Shown here: positions 63,262 to 64,000 of the stretch, one piece after another
How positions within the stretch are numbered: position 1 is the stretch's first letter
How the letters are laid out: the number at the start of each line of letters is the position of its first letter
Source of the DNA: Octopus sinensis
Taxonomy: Eukaryota
Assembly: GCF_006345805.1 (NCBI RefSeq)
Contig: NW_021831839.1
Span: 1 to 64,000 of the forward strand
Length of the DNA stretch: 64,000 nt
Reading direction: 5' to 3'
The notes under the pieces: generated by a model
The model's input: only the letters and a program-made list of their open reading frames with translations
What the model was told of the DNA's origin: nothing
The model's database searches: none
Position numbers and translations under genes: made by a program

Positions 63262-63644
63262 TTTGCGAAGACATGTTGGGGCAAGCGAAATCGAAATCGA
63301 ATTGAACCAGCCAGGATCCCTGGTCTGGTGGTACGTAAAAAGCACTATCCGACTCGTGGCCGATGCCAGCACCGCCTCGACTGGCTTCCGTGCCGGTGGC
63401 ACATAAAATACACCAGTCCAACCGTGGCCGTTGCCAGCCTCGCCTGGCACCTGTGCAGGTGGCACGTAAAAAGCACCCACTACACTCACGGAGTGGTTGG
63501 CGTTAGGAAGGGCATCCAGCTGTAGAAACATTGCCAGATTAGACTGGAGCCTGGTGCAGCCTTCTGGCTTCCCAGAACCCCGGTTGAACCGTCCAACCCA
63601 TGCTAGCATGGAGAACGGACGTTAAACGATGATGATGATGATGA

Positions 63645-63648
<4 letters not shown>
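63262..63648 (+). mobile_element. RTE-X 3' UTR copy, 5'-truncated
   Basis: Near-identical to 62363-62777 without the re-duplication. (GAT)n tail. Confidence 0.92.
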
Positions 63649-63678
<30 letters not shown>

Positions 63679-63701
63679 CATTTGTGTGTCTGTGTATATA
63701 T

Positions 63702-63741
<40 letters not shown>

Positions 63742-63812
63742 CTATCTATCTATCTCTATCTATCCATATATATATACACACACACATATATATATATATT
63801 ATATATACATAT

Positions 63813-63882
<70 letters not shown>
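63649..63882. repeat. Long (TA)/(CA)-rich microsatellite
   Basis: Direct reading. Confidence 0.98.
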
Positions 63883-63884
<2 letters not shown>

Positions 63885-64000
63885 TTCAATACAGCTTATG
63901 AGAGGTAATGGTGTCAATAAGACCAAAAGGTGTCTGGGTAATGCTGAGTAATTGCTATGGATAGATCATAGTTAAGCTCCAGGGTTGGTGATTATGCGAA

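Noticed and set aside
63629-63951. Ile/Tyr-repeat ORFs
   Set aside because: Translations of (TA)n microsatellite. The same applies to 37747-38124.

Overview
AT-rich animal genomic DNA, dense in (TA)n microsatellites and mostly made of transposable elements. From my recollection of these repeat families, the SINEs and LINE 3' tails point to an octopus (coleoid cephalopod) genome; this is inference, not a database match. Elements seen: RTE, RTE-X, CR1/L2-group and Tx1/L1 LINEs, Penelope-like elements (PLEs), two related LTRs, two mariner remnants, one hAT remnant, Helitron-type elements and tRNA-derived SINEs. One host gene is detectable on the + strand. A 58-bp exon (32103-32160) joins in phase to a 270-bp exon (46061-46330), giving a signal peptide followed by an Ig-like domain. 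The second exon needs two or three -1 frameshifts, so it is either a pseudogene or contains assembly errors. A possible non-coding first exon ends at 18357. Other notable signals: type I hammerhead-ribozyme-like motifs in PLE ends, a SINE/LINE shared 3' stem-loop with compensatory changes, a 5'-inverted LINE, an inverted CR1 pair, a PHD finger inside an RTE-X ORF2, and a pre-miRNA-like hairpin. No rRNA genes, genuine tRNA genes or CRISPR arrays are supported. Boundaries of decayed elements are approximate.
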